Shown: one piece after another, positions 12,010-25,375 of the stretch
Layout of the letters: the number at the start of each line of letters is the position of its first letter
Position numbering within the stretch: the first letter of the stretch is position 1
Assembly: GCF_001194135.2 (NCBI RefSeq)
Contig: NC_068990.1
Span: 4,425,765-4,489,764 of the forward strand
Source: Octopus bimaculoides
Lineage: Eukaryota
DNA length: 64,000 bases
Reading direction: 5' to 3'
Made by a program: the position numbers and the translations under genes
Notes under the pieces: generated by a model
Seen by the model: the letters and a program-made list of their open reading frames with translations, nothing else
Told to the model about the DNA's origin: nothing
Database searches by the model: none

Positions 12010-12260
12010 TCATTTATAATGTCCAGCTTCCCACTTAAACACATTTTCACTAGAAGATATTGAGGCTATCCAATCCCTAACAGTGGGACTAAGTACCTTT
12101 AAATACTCAGCAGGCAATTTGACCTCCTACATACGTATACAAATTTCTGGTTCAGTTTGTGGTGCTGTCTAAAAAACTAGTTGTCTGGTCACAAGGCTGC
12201 ATCAAGAAAATTAAGACAATAAGATTATCTACACTAATGCCAAGTTCTATTCCCTGAAAT
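12010..12260 (-). mobile_element. Degraded Penelope-like RT C-terminal fragment
   Basis: NFLDAAL...HHKLNQKFVYVCRRSN...IASISSSENVFKWEAGHY resembles PLE 'NFLDVTL...KPN...YV...SNHP...ISSNE.F' from recall; stops and a frameshift. Confidence 0.5.
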
Positions 12261-12620
12261 AATTTAATCACATTTTCCTTAAATCTAATCACTGGTATAC
12301 TTTTTAAATAGAAATAGACAGATATAACCTACACTCCATTTCCAGTTTCACTGTGTACTATCATATGCTCATATCGATACACTGAATATTTTGTCTCCAT
12401 TTTTCCTAACCCATGTTTCTGTGATTTTCTGGCATTTGTAAGCATTTTATGTCTGACTTACAAATATCAGTTGTTGCTTTTTCAAAATCAAGGGCCTCCA
12501 TTAACAAACATTTGGCTATTAAACTATTAAAGTTTTGCTACATTGAGCTGTATGAACTTATAATTTTCCTTCTATTCTATCCTGCAAAACCTTTCTATCA
12601 CTTCCGATGTAGTGTATACT

Positions 12621-12968
12621 CTTTTACTTGTTTTAGTCATTTGACTGTGGCCATGCTGGAGCACCACCTTTAGTCGAGCAAATCGACCCCAGGACTTATT
12701 CTTTGGAAGCCTAGTACTTATTCAATCGGTCTCTTTTGCCGAACTGCTAAGCTACAGGGACGTAAGCACACCAGCATCGGTTGTCAAGCGATGTTGGGGG
12801 GGGGGGACAAACACGGACACACAAACACACACACATATATATATACATATATACGACGGTCTTCTTTCAGGCTATAGTAGAAGACACTTGCCCAAAGTGC
12901 CACACAGTGGGACTGAACCCGGAACCATGTGGTTCATAAGCAAGCTACTTACCACACAGCCACTCCTA
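12621..12968 (-). mobile_element. SINE family A, internal deletion
   Basis: Reverse complement of the 39327-39706 consensus. Confidence 0.9.
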
Positions 12969-13442
12969 CACTTGTATGATAACTTTAAGGAAGAAACTAC
13001 TTTTACACTGAAAATTATTTCTCCTAATATACTCTTGCTAACTCTGTTTAACTCTGGCTTGGCTGGGTTAGTAATATAAAAGGGTTAACATTCAAAACTT
13101 AATTTGTGATTTTTGCATGTTTTAAAAGGAACTGAGATGTCAGACATTCTTTGTTATCATCTGCTTCTAGCTTTGCTGCTAACACTTTGATTTCTTGATT
13201 AATAAATTTTAAGCCTTGCTTTTTATCTTATAAATGCTTGTTATATTATTCAAAAAAGGTCATTTTACATATTAAAATCTATTCTATACAGTAGTGTAGC
13301 CTGGTTCTAAAGTTGAAGGGAAGCAAGTACATAACAATAAGGTGCCATGGAACATACCAGACAATTTTTAACTCACTTCTCTTATACTATGTGAAATATT
13401 TTATTAGTTATAATAAGCATAATTATATTCTACATTCATTAA

Positions 13443-13685
13443 TTTCATGTTTCAGTATGTGTGTGTGTATTGTGCATTGTGTTCGTCCTCACCACTACAT
13501 GACAAGCAGTGTTGATTTGTTTACATCCCAATAGCTTTGCAGTTTGGCAAAAAGAGACTGATAAAACAAATACCAGACTTTAAAAAAAAAATATACTAGT
13601 GTCAATTTGTTTGACTAAACCCTTCAGGGCAGTGCCCCAGCATTGCAGAAAGCCTAATCACTGAAACAGGTAAAAGATACAAGAT
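13443..13685 (+). mobile_element. SINE family A, 3' half
   Basis: ttgacaa...cagggcagtgccccagcattgcag tail motifs. Confidence 0.75.
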
Positions 13686-14912
13686 AATAAAGTTATAACT
13701 TACAAATTATGATATGAAATAAATAATGTAGTTGTTGACATAGTACGTCTGGAAATAAAAAGAGGGGTGATCGCTGCAAGAATGCACTGATCATAGGTCA
13801 AGATTGATGTGTAGCTAAATAGTAACAACTCGTTAATTATCCAGAAAAACAACATATTCGCACATTTGTTAAGTGATCACCTGGGTGTCCAATCTGCTTA
13901 ATGAGTTAATATTTAGCTCTGACCCTGTCATTGCTATTATTGATTGGAAAAGTAAAGCCAGGCGATTGGTGAAGTAAACTTCATCATTATTAATAATTTC
14001 AATGATGTTTATCCAGAATTGGGGATACATTATTATCATTTAGTAATTATTCAACTTTGAGTGAATAAACACTTCTGATTAAAAGCGTTTACCTGCAATC
14101 ATTCTTTCTTTTTAAGGGGAAATCTTGATATAGATTATTTAATGTGTCATTCCTGAATTAAGACAGTGGAGTGTGATTTAAGGCAGATTTGGTTGTTATT
14201 TCTAGCAGGGGGGAGTAACAATATAAAGATTCTATAAATGGCACATATTAATTACTTAGTGGTTTTGTATTTTAGCAGAAAGAATAAACTCATCTTGGTA
14301 TATAAAAGGTTGTAAAATTTATAAAAATATCTCAAAAGAAGAACTTTGAAAAACTTAAATGATTTAAGAAAAGATTATTTAATTGATTTGAGTAATTAAC
14401 TACTGTTGACAAGAAAGAAATATTTCATATTGTTATCATACTTTATAGAAGATTTTAATTTTTCTTAGAATTTATTTTTTTATCAAAGTTATTCAATTCC
14501 ATTACTGACAAGTTAACAATTTAAAATTTGTGAAGACAATGAAAACAAAAATTATTCATTTGCCACCATATTTGATTGTAAACATATTTATATGTTGTGA
14601 CAGTTTTCCAATTATGAATATGATTAAAATGGAAAGTATTTGCATTTTCAAATGGTTAAATATCTTAGAATAAGATAAATATTAATGAAAATATAGCAAT
14701 GGTAATGACAACGGTGAAACATTTGTAGTTACTGCTCTGTTTGCTAATCTAACAGAGGTTTTGGATTACTATTCTCCAATGCAAAGGAACTAAGAGCATT
14801 TTATTTGGGGTTTAGAGTTATAGGCACTGTTTTGCAGGTAATTAATGTAGGCTGATCAATGTGGTACTTGAACTATTCTTTGAATGGTCTTTCTATTAAA
14901 GCATGAGTATAC

Positions 14913-15335
14913 TAGTGCTGGATTAACCATTAAACAAATTGAGCATGTTCTTAAGGCATCAAGGGAGTGGGGAAACTACAGAAATGATAAATAGTTTATG
15001 GTACAAATGAAATCCCTTTAAACATACTAAAATAATATTCAGTGTGGTTTATAGGATTGGAAATATAATTTTGAAGTGTTTATGGTATCACAGTGAGGAT
15101 CTGATCAAAGACTTTCTGATTAAAAAAAGTCAGAGAAAATTTAGCAACTATAAATAGTTGAAGTATATGAAAAATAAACGTTATTTTTCATTTTACTATT
15201 AGTTTTGCGTTCATTTTCACAAATGAAATTTTATTTTATGGTTTATTATTGTTTATATTTTGAATTATATATATATATGGGGACAGCAAAATCTTTTAAG
15301 TGGTTAGGGCCTCTATGGGTCTTAATCCAGCATTA
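14913..15335. mobile_element. hAT-like MITE, about 423 bp
   Basis: TIRs tagtgctggattaa / ttaatccagcatta (13/14 match) and imperfect 8-bp TSD gagtatac / gagtgcac. Confidence 0.72.
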
Positions 15336-15483
15336 GAGTGCACTTGGGTAGTTCTGTTAACTTTCTTGAATTTGTCAGTGGCTACTAAATAATAGCAGGG
15401 AATAATCTCTATTATATATGTTGACAAAATATGTTGATGTACATTTTCTTAATTGGTTTGAAGGAAAATCTTCAGAAAATCTA

Positions 15484-16322
15484 CAAGGTGGTATCAAAAA
15501 GTTCTTGGACTAGTTCTGTAGCACACTAACAGATGGCAGCAGATGATTGTGTGTGCAGTGCAAACGAGCAGTGATCTTCATGAGGCAGTGTGCCAAGTGA
15601 CATCACTGTGTTTACTTTGCAAGTTGTGAAATTTGTGTTTTTGTGATCACAGGTATGCTGTAGCCTGTGATTTTGTCATGGTCAAGCCAACAAGAAATTT
15701 TGCTTTAAACTTCAAAAGACATTGAGCATGCTTCAGCAAGCTTATGGGCGATGGGGCAATGAGTTGTATGCAATGCTTAGAGTGGCATATGTGCTTCAAA
15801 AGCAGAAGAACATCTCTGGAAGATGATGTGCAATCTGGAAGATCTTCCACGAGTGTCACCCTCAGAAATGTGGCAGTGTGCATTAAGAATTTGTGCCCCA
15901 GGGCTAGACCATCAGTCAAGAGTTCTACTGTGATGCTTTGAAGTGTTTGAGGGAGGACATTTGGTGAAAGCAACCAGATCTGTGGAGCATGAAGAATTGG
16001 ATTCTTCACTGAGCCCTCCTCACTTGTAATGCTTCCACACCCACCCTATTCACCAGATATAGCACCTGCCATCTTCCATCTCTTCCCCAAGATAAAAATG
16101 CAGCTCAAAGGTCGCTGTTTTAACTCAATTGTCATGATCCAAAGCTAATTACAGAGGGTCATCAACTTATTTATGGAAAACAACTTCCAGGCCGAATTCC
16201 AGAAGTGGGACAGGTGTATTGTTGCAAAAGGTGACTACTTCAAAGGAGATGATGTTAACTTCGGAAATAAGTTATTTTTTTATTAAACATAACTAGTCCA
16301 GGGACCTTTTTATACCACCTTG
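15484..16322 (+). mobile_element. Internally deleted mariner element with both TIRs and TA target duplication
   Basis: TIRs caaggtggtatcaaaaagttcttggactagtt / aactagtccagggacctttttataccaccttg, flanked by TA on both sides. Remnants KFCFKL, EWHMCFKSRRTSLEDDVQSGRSST, HPPYSPDIAP, KGDYF. Confidence 0.93.
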
Positions 16323-18939
16323 TATATGGTGAAATTACAATGTTTTAAGTATATTTTCACGAGACTGTTGTTTCTTGCCACCAGAAATATATCAACGAAA
16401 ATCTTTGGAAATTAGAAAAAAATCTCCCAACTGTATATTGACTTAACTAAATTTGACAAATGTAATTTCCTGGTTTCTGCCTTTTTTCTTTCTTTTTTTT
16501 TTTTTCAAAAATTAGTTTGAATTAACAATGAACTGTTTAGAACTTTTTCAACTTCACTCACATAAATTTGCAATATAAATATATATTTGTTGAAGGTTCT
16601 ACAACCAAAGGAACACTGTTTGAAACCATGGCATTTCAACAATTTATAATAATTTTTACTATAGACAGTATATTATAGCTTCTGATTCAAAGATAAGTAA
16701 GATAAAAATAAACATTTTCTTCAAAATTAAACATACCATGTTTTATTAAATCTGTATTTTGAAAAAAAATACAGGACAAAAATCTTCTTGGCAATGGTGG
16801 AGGACAAAAAACTTCTTGGCAATGTAATTAACTGAATCAACACTGCACATAACAAGCATTTATTGACCCAAGGGAAATGGAAAATAGCTGACACTGGTTG
16901 TATGTGAAATCAAAATGTAAAGTGAAGCAACTAAATATTCCAAGATATTTAATTTGGTGTGTTACAATTTCTGATCTTCCTCTGTCTAGTTTGCAATGGA
17001 AGTTTGCTTCTAATCTTTAGTGGTTTACTTTTCTAAATGAAGTAGCAAGATTTTATAAAATAAACAAAAAATAAACAAACAAAAACAAAAATACCTCTTC
17101 CCCAAACAATACATAAATCTTAATATATAAACAGCATCAAATATAAATCATGTTTATATTTTGACAGCAAAATTTGTTTCAGAAAATTCCATTGCATTTA
17201 GCTTAGATATGGTATAAATAAACCACAAGAAACATTCTAATAAAGCTTTTATTTTATAATTAGCGATGTCAGAAAGTCAATTGCATGTCAGAATAGAATT
17301 CAGCAAATTGCTAATAAGCTTTAATAGAAATGTGATTAATGAAGTAATGAAAAATAAATAAATAAATGAAAAAAAATAAAACAACTTATTTGCATTTGTC
17401 TTAATCAAAAATGGTGGAAATTTATTTTAGTTACCCTGACATAACAGAATCTTAATGGTCTTAGTTATTTTGATTCAAAATTAATCCAAATGCCATCTTT
17501 ACAAATATTTAAATTCAATGATTTTTTTCCAATCAAGCCACATCAGGGACTTTTGCATAAATAATAAAGGGTAAAAGAAAAAAGTTGTATGGCTTTAATT
17601 CATCCTATCAAAATGAAAGCTGATATGGTTTCATGGAAGACATTTTTTTGTTGATTTTCTATTTTTATTATAATTTTCATCTTTATTTTGAGACATGGTA
17701 ACAGGTTTCATAAATAAGATTATATAAAGTGGCAGAATTTGTTCTTTTTTTTGCATCAAAATATTTTGTTAAACAACCTTTTTTTCTTTTACATTGTTTT
17801 CCAGAAATATTTGAGGAATGATATATTTTTGTAAAATAACATACTTGCTATAATGTGGAACCAAGATATTTTAAAGATATATTTTATGGTTTTGCTATAC
17901 AATGAAATCTCACATCCTCATGAAATAACAAATATTTATAGAAGTTTAAAATAATCTCAATCAACTCAACTTATGAATGTGTGCAAAATATTGTTATCAT
18001 TATCAGAATAAAAATTTCAATTCTTAATACTCTAAAAGTTCAGGTGTCTTGTTTTTACATTAAATTTTATGGGAAGGACAACATCATATAAAATATACAA
18101 TATTGTGTATTTTTAAGGTAACCTATAAAATATAAAATATTTTGAAATAAAGTGTTCTTATTGCCAACGGATGTAATTTCTCCATATTCTCTTTTCACAT
18201 TATTTATATCTGCTGATATGGGTTTCAAAAATTAAATATAATCTAAAAGAAGGAAAAGCAATAAAGCCAGCTTTAGAAAATAGTAAATATCTTTAAAAAA
18301 AATTGATAAAATATTAAAACATTAAATATACTTTCATCACTAGAACTAAATTCTTTCTGTGGTAATACTATTTTATGGGATTATAAAAGAACAAAAAATT
18401 TTAACATATGATTTCTTCATACTTGCAACTCTTACATAAGTCATACTTGTCAAAATTTTACAGAGATGTCATAATAAAATGTGTACCAAAATGCCAACTA
18501 GTTTTATTGATTTTAATGTTTAAGGCCAGCCATAATTCATAAGATTGGGATAGGAAAAGTGAACTAGTCAAAAGAAAGTATTGTAAAAGCTAATTAATAT
18601 ACAATTATAGGAAAGAATATTATTGATGCAAGAATTCTAATAATCAAGGCAGAAAAAAAAAAAACAGCAAATAGATGAAAAAAAAAACAACCAATTATAA
18701 TTAAAATTATATGGAAGGTAACACAGCTTGATTATCAAAATGTTCAATATGTGAAAGCATATTTCATTTTTATAAAGTATTAATATGTTTTAAACTTATT
18801 TAGTTTTTCTGTAAAATAAAGAAGCTAATTAGCTCTTGAAATTATTCATAGAAACTTTATCCTATGGCTAGTCAAAATATATACTTATGTATCCAGACAC
18901 ATGCATGCACACACATGTATCTCTCTTTTTCTCTCTCTT

Positions 18940-19176
18940 CTATATATATATATATATATATAAAAATAAACACACACACATACATTCACACACATAAATA
19001 TATATACATATAAACATACATATACATATATACATGCATACATATAAAAATACACATACATGCATATATATATATATATGTATATATATATGGATATATA
19101 TATATATATATGTGCATATATACAAACATATATATATATATATGCATATATGTATACATGCATACTTATATATATA

Positions 19177-19207
<31 letters not shown>
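18940..19207. repeat. Compound (AT)n/(AC)n microsatellite
   Basis: Direct reading. Confidence 0.93.
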
Positions 19208-19210
<3 letters not shown>

Positions 19211-20017
19211 AATACTGGACAGTTAAAGTTATGTTTCTGATGACATTGTTAATAAATAAAATGCACTGAAGGGTTCACAGATTCTCTTTGGCTTCGAATA
19301 TTTATTGATGAAGTAAAATCTATACAAAAAGTTGTCCAAACCCAACACCTGAAGAAATCCTGTGCATGAAAGTGGAGGATGAGGAAAAGACACCAAAATA
19401 CAAGAGAAAAAAACAATACACACTATAGATATTAGTAAAAATATCAGAAAAAAAATGCAATGTTTATTATTTCCCTAAGAATGATTGTTGGATGGTAATG
19501 CTCAGGGAACTGAAATGTTAGAGGAAGGAAGAAAACAAATGTGAATACTTAGGGATTACATTGAGAGCACATAAAAGAAAAATTAAAATAATGCAGTGTC
19601 ATGTGAAATTTTCCTTGTTCAACCCATCATTCCAAAAAAAAAAAAATGTTAAAAAGAAAATATGCCAACTTCATCCAGATTCATTTCATGCTTGTTGAAA
19701 AGGAAGAAATTAATTTTTTTATTAATCATATTTTTGAGAAGGAAGGAATAATTTTTTTATTAATCATTTACATATTTTAATAAAAGTTGAAAACAAATGA
19801 CAAGATTAATCTGTTAGAGAAACAGCTATTCTATAAATCCATGCAAATGTTTAACCCAGGCTATTCAGAAGTAATGCTATTTACCATAAAAGTTGTATGT
19901 ATGTAATTAATTAACTGCTCACATTTTGATGTAAATGATATGTGGTTTGAGTTTCATCAGGAGACTTGTTTCATATTTATGTTTTAAATTGGTCATTATA
20001 ATGTCAAATACTGGTTT

Positions 20018-20443
20018 TAAATTTTGGTACAAAGCCAGCAAGTTTTGTGGGGTAGTAAGTCAATTACATTGACTCAACTGGTACTTATTTTATCGACCCT
20101 GAAAGGCTCAAAAGCAAAACTGACCTTGGTGGAATTTGAACTCAGAACTTAAAGACAGATGAAATGCTGCTAAGCATTTCACCCAGCTGATTCTTCCAGC
20201 TCACCACCTTATATATTGTCTCATATTGAGTTCAAATTTTTGGTACAAGGCCAGCAATGTCGGGGTAGGGGAAGACCTGATTACATCAACCCCAGCGCTC
20301 AACTGGTACTTATTTTATTGACACCAAAAGGATAAAATGCAAAGTCGACCTTGGCTGAATTTGAACTCAGAACTTAAAGACAGACGAAATGCTGCTAAAC
20401 ATTTCACTCAGCATGCTAATCATTCTGTAAGCTCACTGCCTTA
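20018..20443 (-). mobile_element. Two tandem SINE family B copies (20018-20211, 20228-20443), about 80 bp from the exon donor
   Basis: Reverse complement of the family B consensus. Confidence 0.88.
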
Positions 20444-20521
20444 TTTAATGTCTAATATTAAAACACAACCATAATTAAAAGATTTTGTAGGCTAAAAAGA
20501 ATATTATAAATAGCATCTTAC

Positions 20522-20653
20522 CAGAGGCTCTTCATTTTTAATAATCCTTACAATCTTGACAGGCTCTTCAGCATCACTAACATCATGTGACACAGAGAAC
20601 ATCCTTGGTTCATAGTCACGACAGGCCACCTTATCATGGGTGTAAAGGAGGGC
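20522..20653 (-). CDS. MPP7: Internal coding exon of an MPP7-like MAGUK p55 subfamily gene (C-terminal L27 helix, linker, first strand of PDZ)
   Basis: Minus strand: poly-pyrimidine tract ...tttttttttctttTAG acceptor, 132 nt open frame ALLYTHDKVACRDYEPRMFSVSHDVSDAEEPVKIVRIIKNEEPL, then GTAAGA donor, phase 0/0. Sequence and exon boundaries match my recall of vertebrate MPP7 ([44 protein letters not shown]). Paralog assignment (MPP7/MPP3 versus MPP5) is inference. Confidence 0.82.
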
Positions 20654-21404
20654 CTAAAAGAAAAAAAAATATTATATAAGATGAATTTTATAATTTCTAT
20701 TTCGAAGTTTAACTAAAGTATTATTAGACATAACTTTTCTTTCTTCTTTGTAAAACAATAACACCAAGACTGAAATCTGAAACTTGTACTACTTAATCAG
20801 CAAATTAATCACACAACAACTTTTATAACACAAGAAGCAGTAATTGTCCTCCCTGCCACACAAACACACACATTTAAAATTTCATCTATAAGATAGTTGT
20901 TTTCTGACAGATTATCTGCTATAGAATATTTAATGAGAGAAATACTTGAGCTAATCAAAGTTTCATTAAGACAAATTTTTATTATGCTTAATTTCAAGTG
21001 TTTTATTATCAACTAGACCATTAAGTAATTAAATAACTTGGTAAATGTTTCTCATCAGGGCTATAGTTATTTTGATTTTTAGAATTACTATGTGAAGGTA
21101 ATTAGACTGACAGACCAGAACAAACAGAAGACCAAATTTAGATATAGAATATTGTTTTCGCTTTAGACGAATTTTAAAATCCAATCCATATCATTAAAAA
21201 TTAATGAATATTCAAGATATATTGGTCATACATAAGGGTGTTTTGTTATAAGCTTTTTCATACTCTAAACTTGTGACCCTTATGCACTAAGTGATCCATC
21301 CATCCACACGCACAAACACACACAGAGATAAACATAAACATACACACACACAAAAAAAACAACAAATATATATGTACACAAATACACACACACATATATG
21401 ACAG

Positions 21405-21858
21405 TACTGCCTGATTGGCACTTGTGACAGTAGAACGTTAAAAGCACATCTGAGCGTGATTGTTGCCTGGGCCGCAGATTGGCTCCCATGCCAGTGACAC
21501 GTAAAAAGTACCATTTGAATATGATTGCTGCCAGTGTTACCTTACCGGCACATGTGCCGGTGGCATGTGAAAAACAACATTCAAGTGTGACTGTTGCTGG
21601 TGCCACCGGACTGGCTCCTGTGCAGTTAGCACATAAAGAACACCTTTTGAGCATGGTCGTTGCCAGAACCACCTGACTGGCCTTCGTGTCAGTGGCATGT
21701 AAAAGCACCCACTACACTCTCGGAGTGGTTGGCGTTAGGAAGGGCATCCAGCTGTAGAAACTTTGCTAGATCAGATTGGAGCCTGGTGCAGCCTTCTGGC
21801 TTGCCAGTCCTCAGTCAAACCGTCCAACCCATGCCAGCATGGAAACTGGATGTTAAAC

Positions 21859-21891
<33 letters not shown>
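21405..21891 (+). mobile_element. RTE LINE 3' UTR fragment with about 5 degenerate 60-66 bp repeats and a (GAT)n tail
   Basis: Matches the 3' end of the 8172-9952 element. Confidence 0.9.
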
Positions 21892-21892
<1 letters not shown>

Positions 21893-22509
21893 GGATGTAT
21901 ATAATTACATGAATAATCTGAAATAACAATAGCTATTAAAACCATAAAATTATGCAGTAAAATCATTTGATCATTTTCCTTGTATTTTTAGCTCTGCTCG
22001 AAAATTAAACTTTTATTGACATATTCATTATTTTACTTCATGGTTTATCAGTTTATCATAATGCATAATGTGAACTGCCTTATTTCCATTATTTCTTAGG
22101 GTTAAATATTATCAAGTAACTGAATGTTAAAATAAGAAAGTCGTGATAAATTAAAAACACTCTGAAAATGTGAAACTTATTTTTTATGACGAGACATTTA
22201 CACTTTACAGTGCTTTTAATATTACAGATTTGAACAAGAAAATAATGATAATATTGATTAAATGTCCTTGTGATTGAGATTATTAAGATGCTAGTGACAT
22301 TGGATGTATGAAAAATTTCACTAAATAACCAAAATTTTGAGGATAATTTAACAGATGTTATATAATAGAGGATAAAATTGAGCATATCAAGTGGAAAGTG
22401 TATACGTATGTAGTTAAGAATTCAACATCTCAGCATGGTTTTAAGTTCAATTCCACTACAGAGCACCTTCAACATGAGCTTATAAATGCATGTATGTGTG
22501 TGAGAGAGA

Positions 22510-22558
<49 letters not shown>

Positions 22559-22725
22559 TACTTATATGTGAATACACACACACATATATATGTACACACA
22601 CACGCACACATATATATATATGCATACATACACATGTTATATATTTATTTATAAAATATTATTAATTCACAGATGGACAGGCATTTGTTAACAGAATCAA
22701 AGCATTTATAAAATAGTTATACAGA

Positions 22726-22812
22726 AGTGTCTTCTACTATAGCCTCGGGCTGACCAAAGCCTTGTTAATGGATCTGGTAGACGGAAACTGAAAGAAGCCT
22801 GTCGTATTTATA

Positions 22813-22848
<36 letters not shown>

Positions 22849-23062
22849 TGTATTAATGTGTCTGTGTTTGTCCCTCCACCATCGCTTGACAACTGATGAT
22901 ATTTATGTCCCCATAACTTAGCAGTTCAGCAAAAGCGACCAATAGAATAAGTACTAGGCTTACAAAGAATAAGTCCAGGGGCCAATTTGTTTGACTAAAG
23001 GGGTTGCTCCAGCATGACTGCAGTCAAATTACTGAAACAAGTAAAAGAATAAAAGAATAAAG
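22726..23062 (+). mobile_element. SINE family A, 5'-truncated
   Basis: gtgtcttctactatagcctcggg...ggaaactgaaagaagcc... core. Confidence 0.88.
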
Positions 23063-23079
23063 GGTGTGTAAATATAATG

Positions 23080-23235
23080 AAGCAGGAAATCAGGAAAATC
23101 TGGAAAGTGAAAATTTATAGTAATTCTTCGTAGATAAGCAGATATCTGGAAAGTTCATGATATCACAAATATCACAGATGTCTTCCTATCTATAAAGAAC
23201 TATGATGGACTTTTGCTTTCCGGATTTTCCTGCTT
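23080..23235. mobile_element. Short MITE with about 19-bp TIRs; a related internal segment recurs at about 27785-27880
   Basis: aagcaggaaatcaggaaa / tttccggattttcctgctt; the shared segment gatatctggaaagt...atcacagat appears in both places. Confidence 0.65.
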
Positions 23236-23483
23236 ATCTGCTTAATTATTTTCTATATTCAATACTGTATAACTATTTCATAAATACTTTGATACCATTA
23301 ACATTGCTTGTCCATCTTTTTAATTTATCACTCTTTCATTAGTTCGATCGGTACATTACCTGTAGTCAACTCTTGTTTACCTGGACTCTTTCTCCAATTG
23401 ATATTGAATTTTAGGTATCTGACTCAGTCTGAGCACTAATTGTCTGTGCCTCTAACATGTCTTTTTGATGTATTCTTCCCCTT

Positions 23484-23486
<3 letters not shown>

Positions 23487-23522
<36 letters not shown>

Positions 23523-23710
23523 ATTTATTATATATTATACATTTATACTATATATCACATATATATATATATGTTAAATATTATTCAATATGTTATATAT
23601 GATATATATCTGTATCTATCTATATGTATACACATACATGTATGTGTGTGTGTGTATATTCTTCCCTTTATATGTGTGTGTGTATTTATTATATATTATA
23701 CATTTATACT

Positions 23711-23785
<75 letters not shown>

Positions 23786-23875
23786 GATATATATGTATAT
23801 CTATCTGTACATACACACATACATAGATGCGTGTGTGTGTGTATATATATACATACATACACATACACACACACA
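23487..23875. repeat. Compound (GT)/(AT)/(AC) microsatellite block
   Basis: Direct reading. Confidence 0.93.
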
Positions 23876-24687
23876 TAAGAGGACAAATGAAAGAAAAGAC
23901 ACTCAACACATTTTGTAGGAGTTACTTAAATTATTAAAAGCAGTTTGATTCGGCTCCGTGTGACTTAAAGTTCTGCAGTCCTCTTTACAAAAACCTGGGC
24001 TGTTCAGGCTTAGATAACTGGTTATCATTCAGATGTGCTCAGTGATGGTTGCACTGATGATCAAATCCTTATCACTGGCCCCTTATTTGAAACACTAGGT
24101 ATTAACATAACCTGCTAGTTATGATTCTGATTAGAGAATTGCACGAATAAATTACTGGTTATGCTTGAACCAAAACAATGAAAGCTTCTAGACTTAAAGT
24201 CACTCAACTGCTTATCAATATTCAAGTATATAACAACCTAGAAAACTCACAATTTGAAACAAAACTCCTGCTAGATGGGCTGATGTTGGCATTAACTAAG
24301 AGCTATGCTTCAAACACATTGCACTTATTTTGATTCTGTGGCAAACTTGTGACATCTTCAAAATATCTAATTTACTTAATCATTATACGATGTTGTAGTT
24401 TACATGATGTATTGTTACAAAAGTACAAATGTAAGTGATTGCTGAAAGCCACCTAACAACGCAGAGTATAGAAGAAGAAAATAAAAAGTTATACATTATT
24501 TCAGCTTTAACAAGCTCTAACTTAAAATGAAACTACAATGTTAAACAACACTAACATAGACATGATATATACAGAAATGCAAAATGGAGTGGAATGAGTG
24601 GGATGTGCTACTCTAATCATAAAAAGAAACTTCTGATAGTCTAGAAGTTTGTGGTAATTGTTAAATTAAGGTTGTAAGCATCTAACG

Positions 24688-24688
24688 A

Positions 24689-24785
<97 letters not shown>
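24688..24785. repeat. (GT)n(AT)n microsatellite
   Basis: Direct reading. Confidence 0.95.
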
Positions 24786-25056
24786 CAAACATATCTTCTC
24801 TAATATGTATTGCTGATTTTATCAAAGGCATTGAAAGAAATTTGACTTGTTTTCTGGCAGCAGTCTAGATGTCTGTTAACAAACAAACCTAATTTACATG
24901 TTCCTGTACTGTTTAATGGACAGATGATATTGTTTATGATAATTTCCTAATATCAAATGAATTCACTCCATTAGTATTTGCAGATACTTCCAATGGAAAT
25001 GTTAGCAAGTGTGCCAATTCTGTAGATAATAGAAGTACACACACATGCATGTGCAT

Positions 25057-25091
<35 letters not shown>

Positions 25092-25234
25092 AAAAAGGGC
25101 ATATCAAAGATGCCTCTTAATCTTTTGCATACTCATTGTTTGTTCTAGGAAAAAACCTTCAAATATTTCTACCTGTTTTTTTACTTTTATATATGTATAA
25201 ATCTTAGTCAAGGTAACTCTCAAGATGGCTCTGT

Positions 25235-25375
25235 GATTTCATACTTCCTTTCACTAATTTTCATTGTGGCCTCTGCCATGTTGATCTTTATACCTTTAGA
25301 GTTTAGACCAAACTTCCAAGTTTGAAATTTATTCAGCAACTCATTGACTGCTGTTGAAAATTAGGTTTCACAGCA
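25235..25375 (-). mobile_element. Old RTE RT fragment
   Basis: AVNELLNKFQTWKFGLNSKGIKINMAEA parallels EKKFQVWKQGLELKGLR at 8.5 kb. Confidence 0.55.

Noticed and set aside
16770-16826. Tandem duplication of about 30 bp (aggacaaaaatcttcttggcaatg)
   Set aside because: An ordinary slippage duplication with no further structure.
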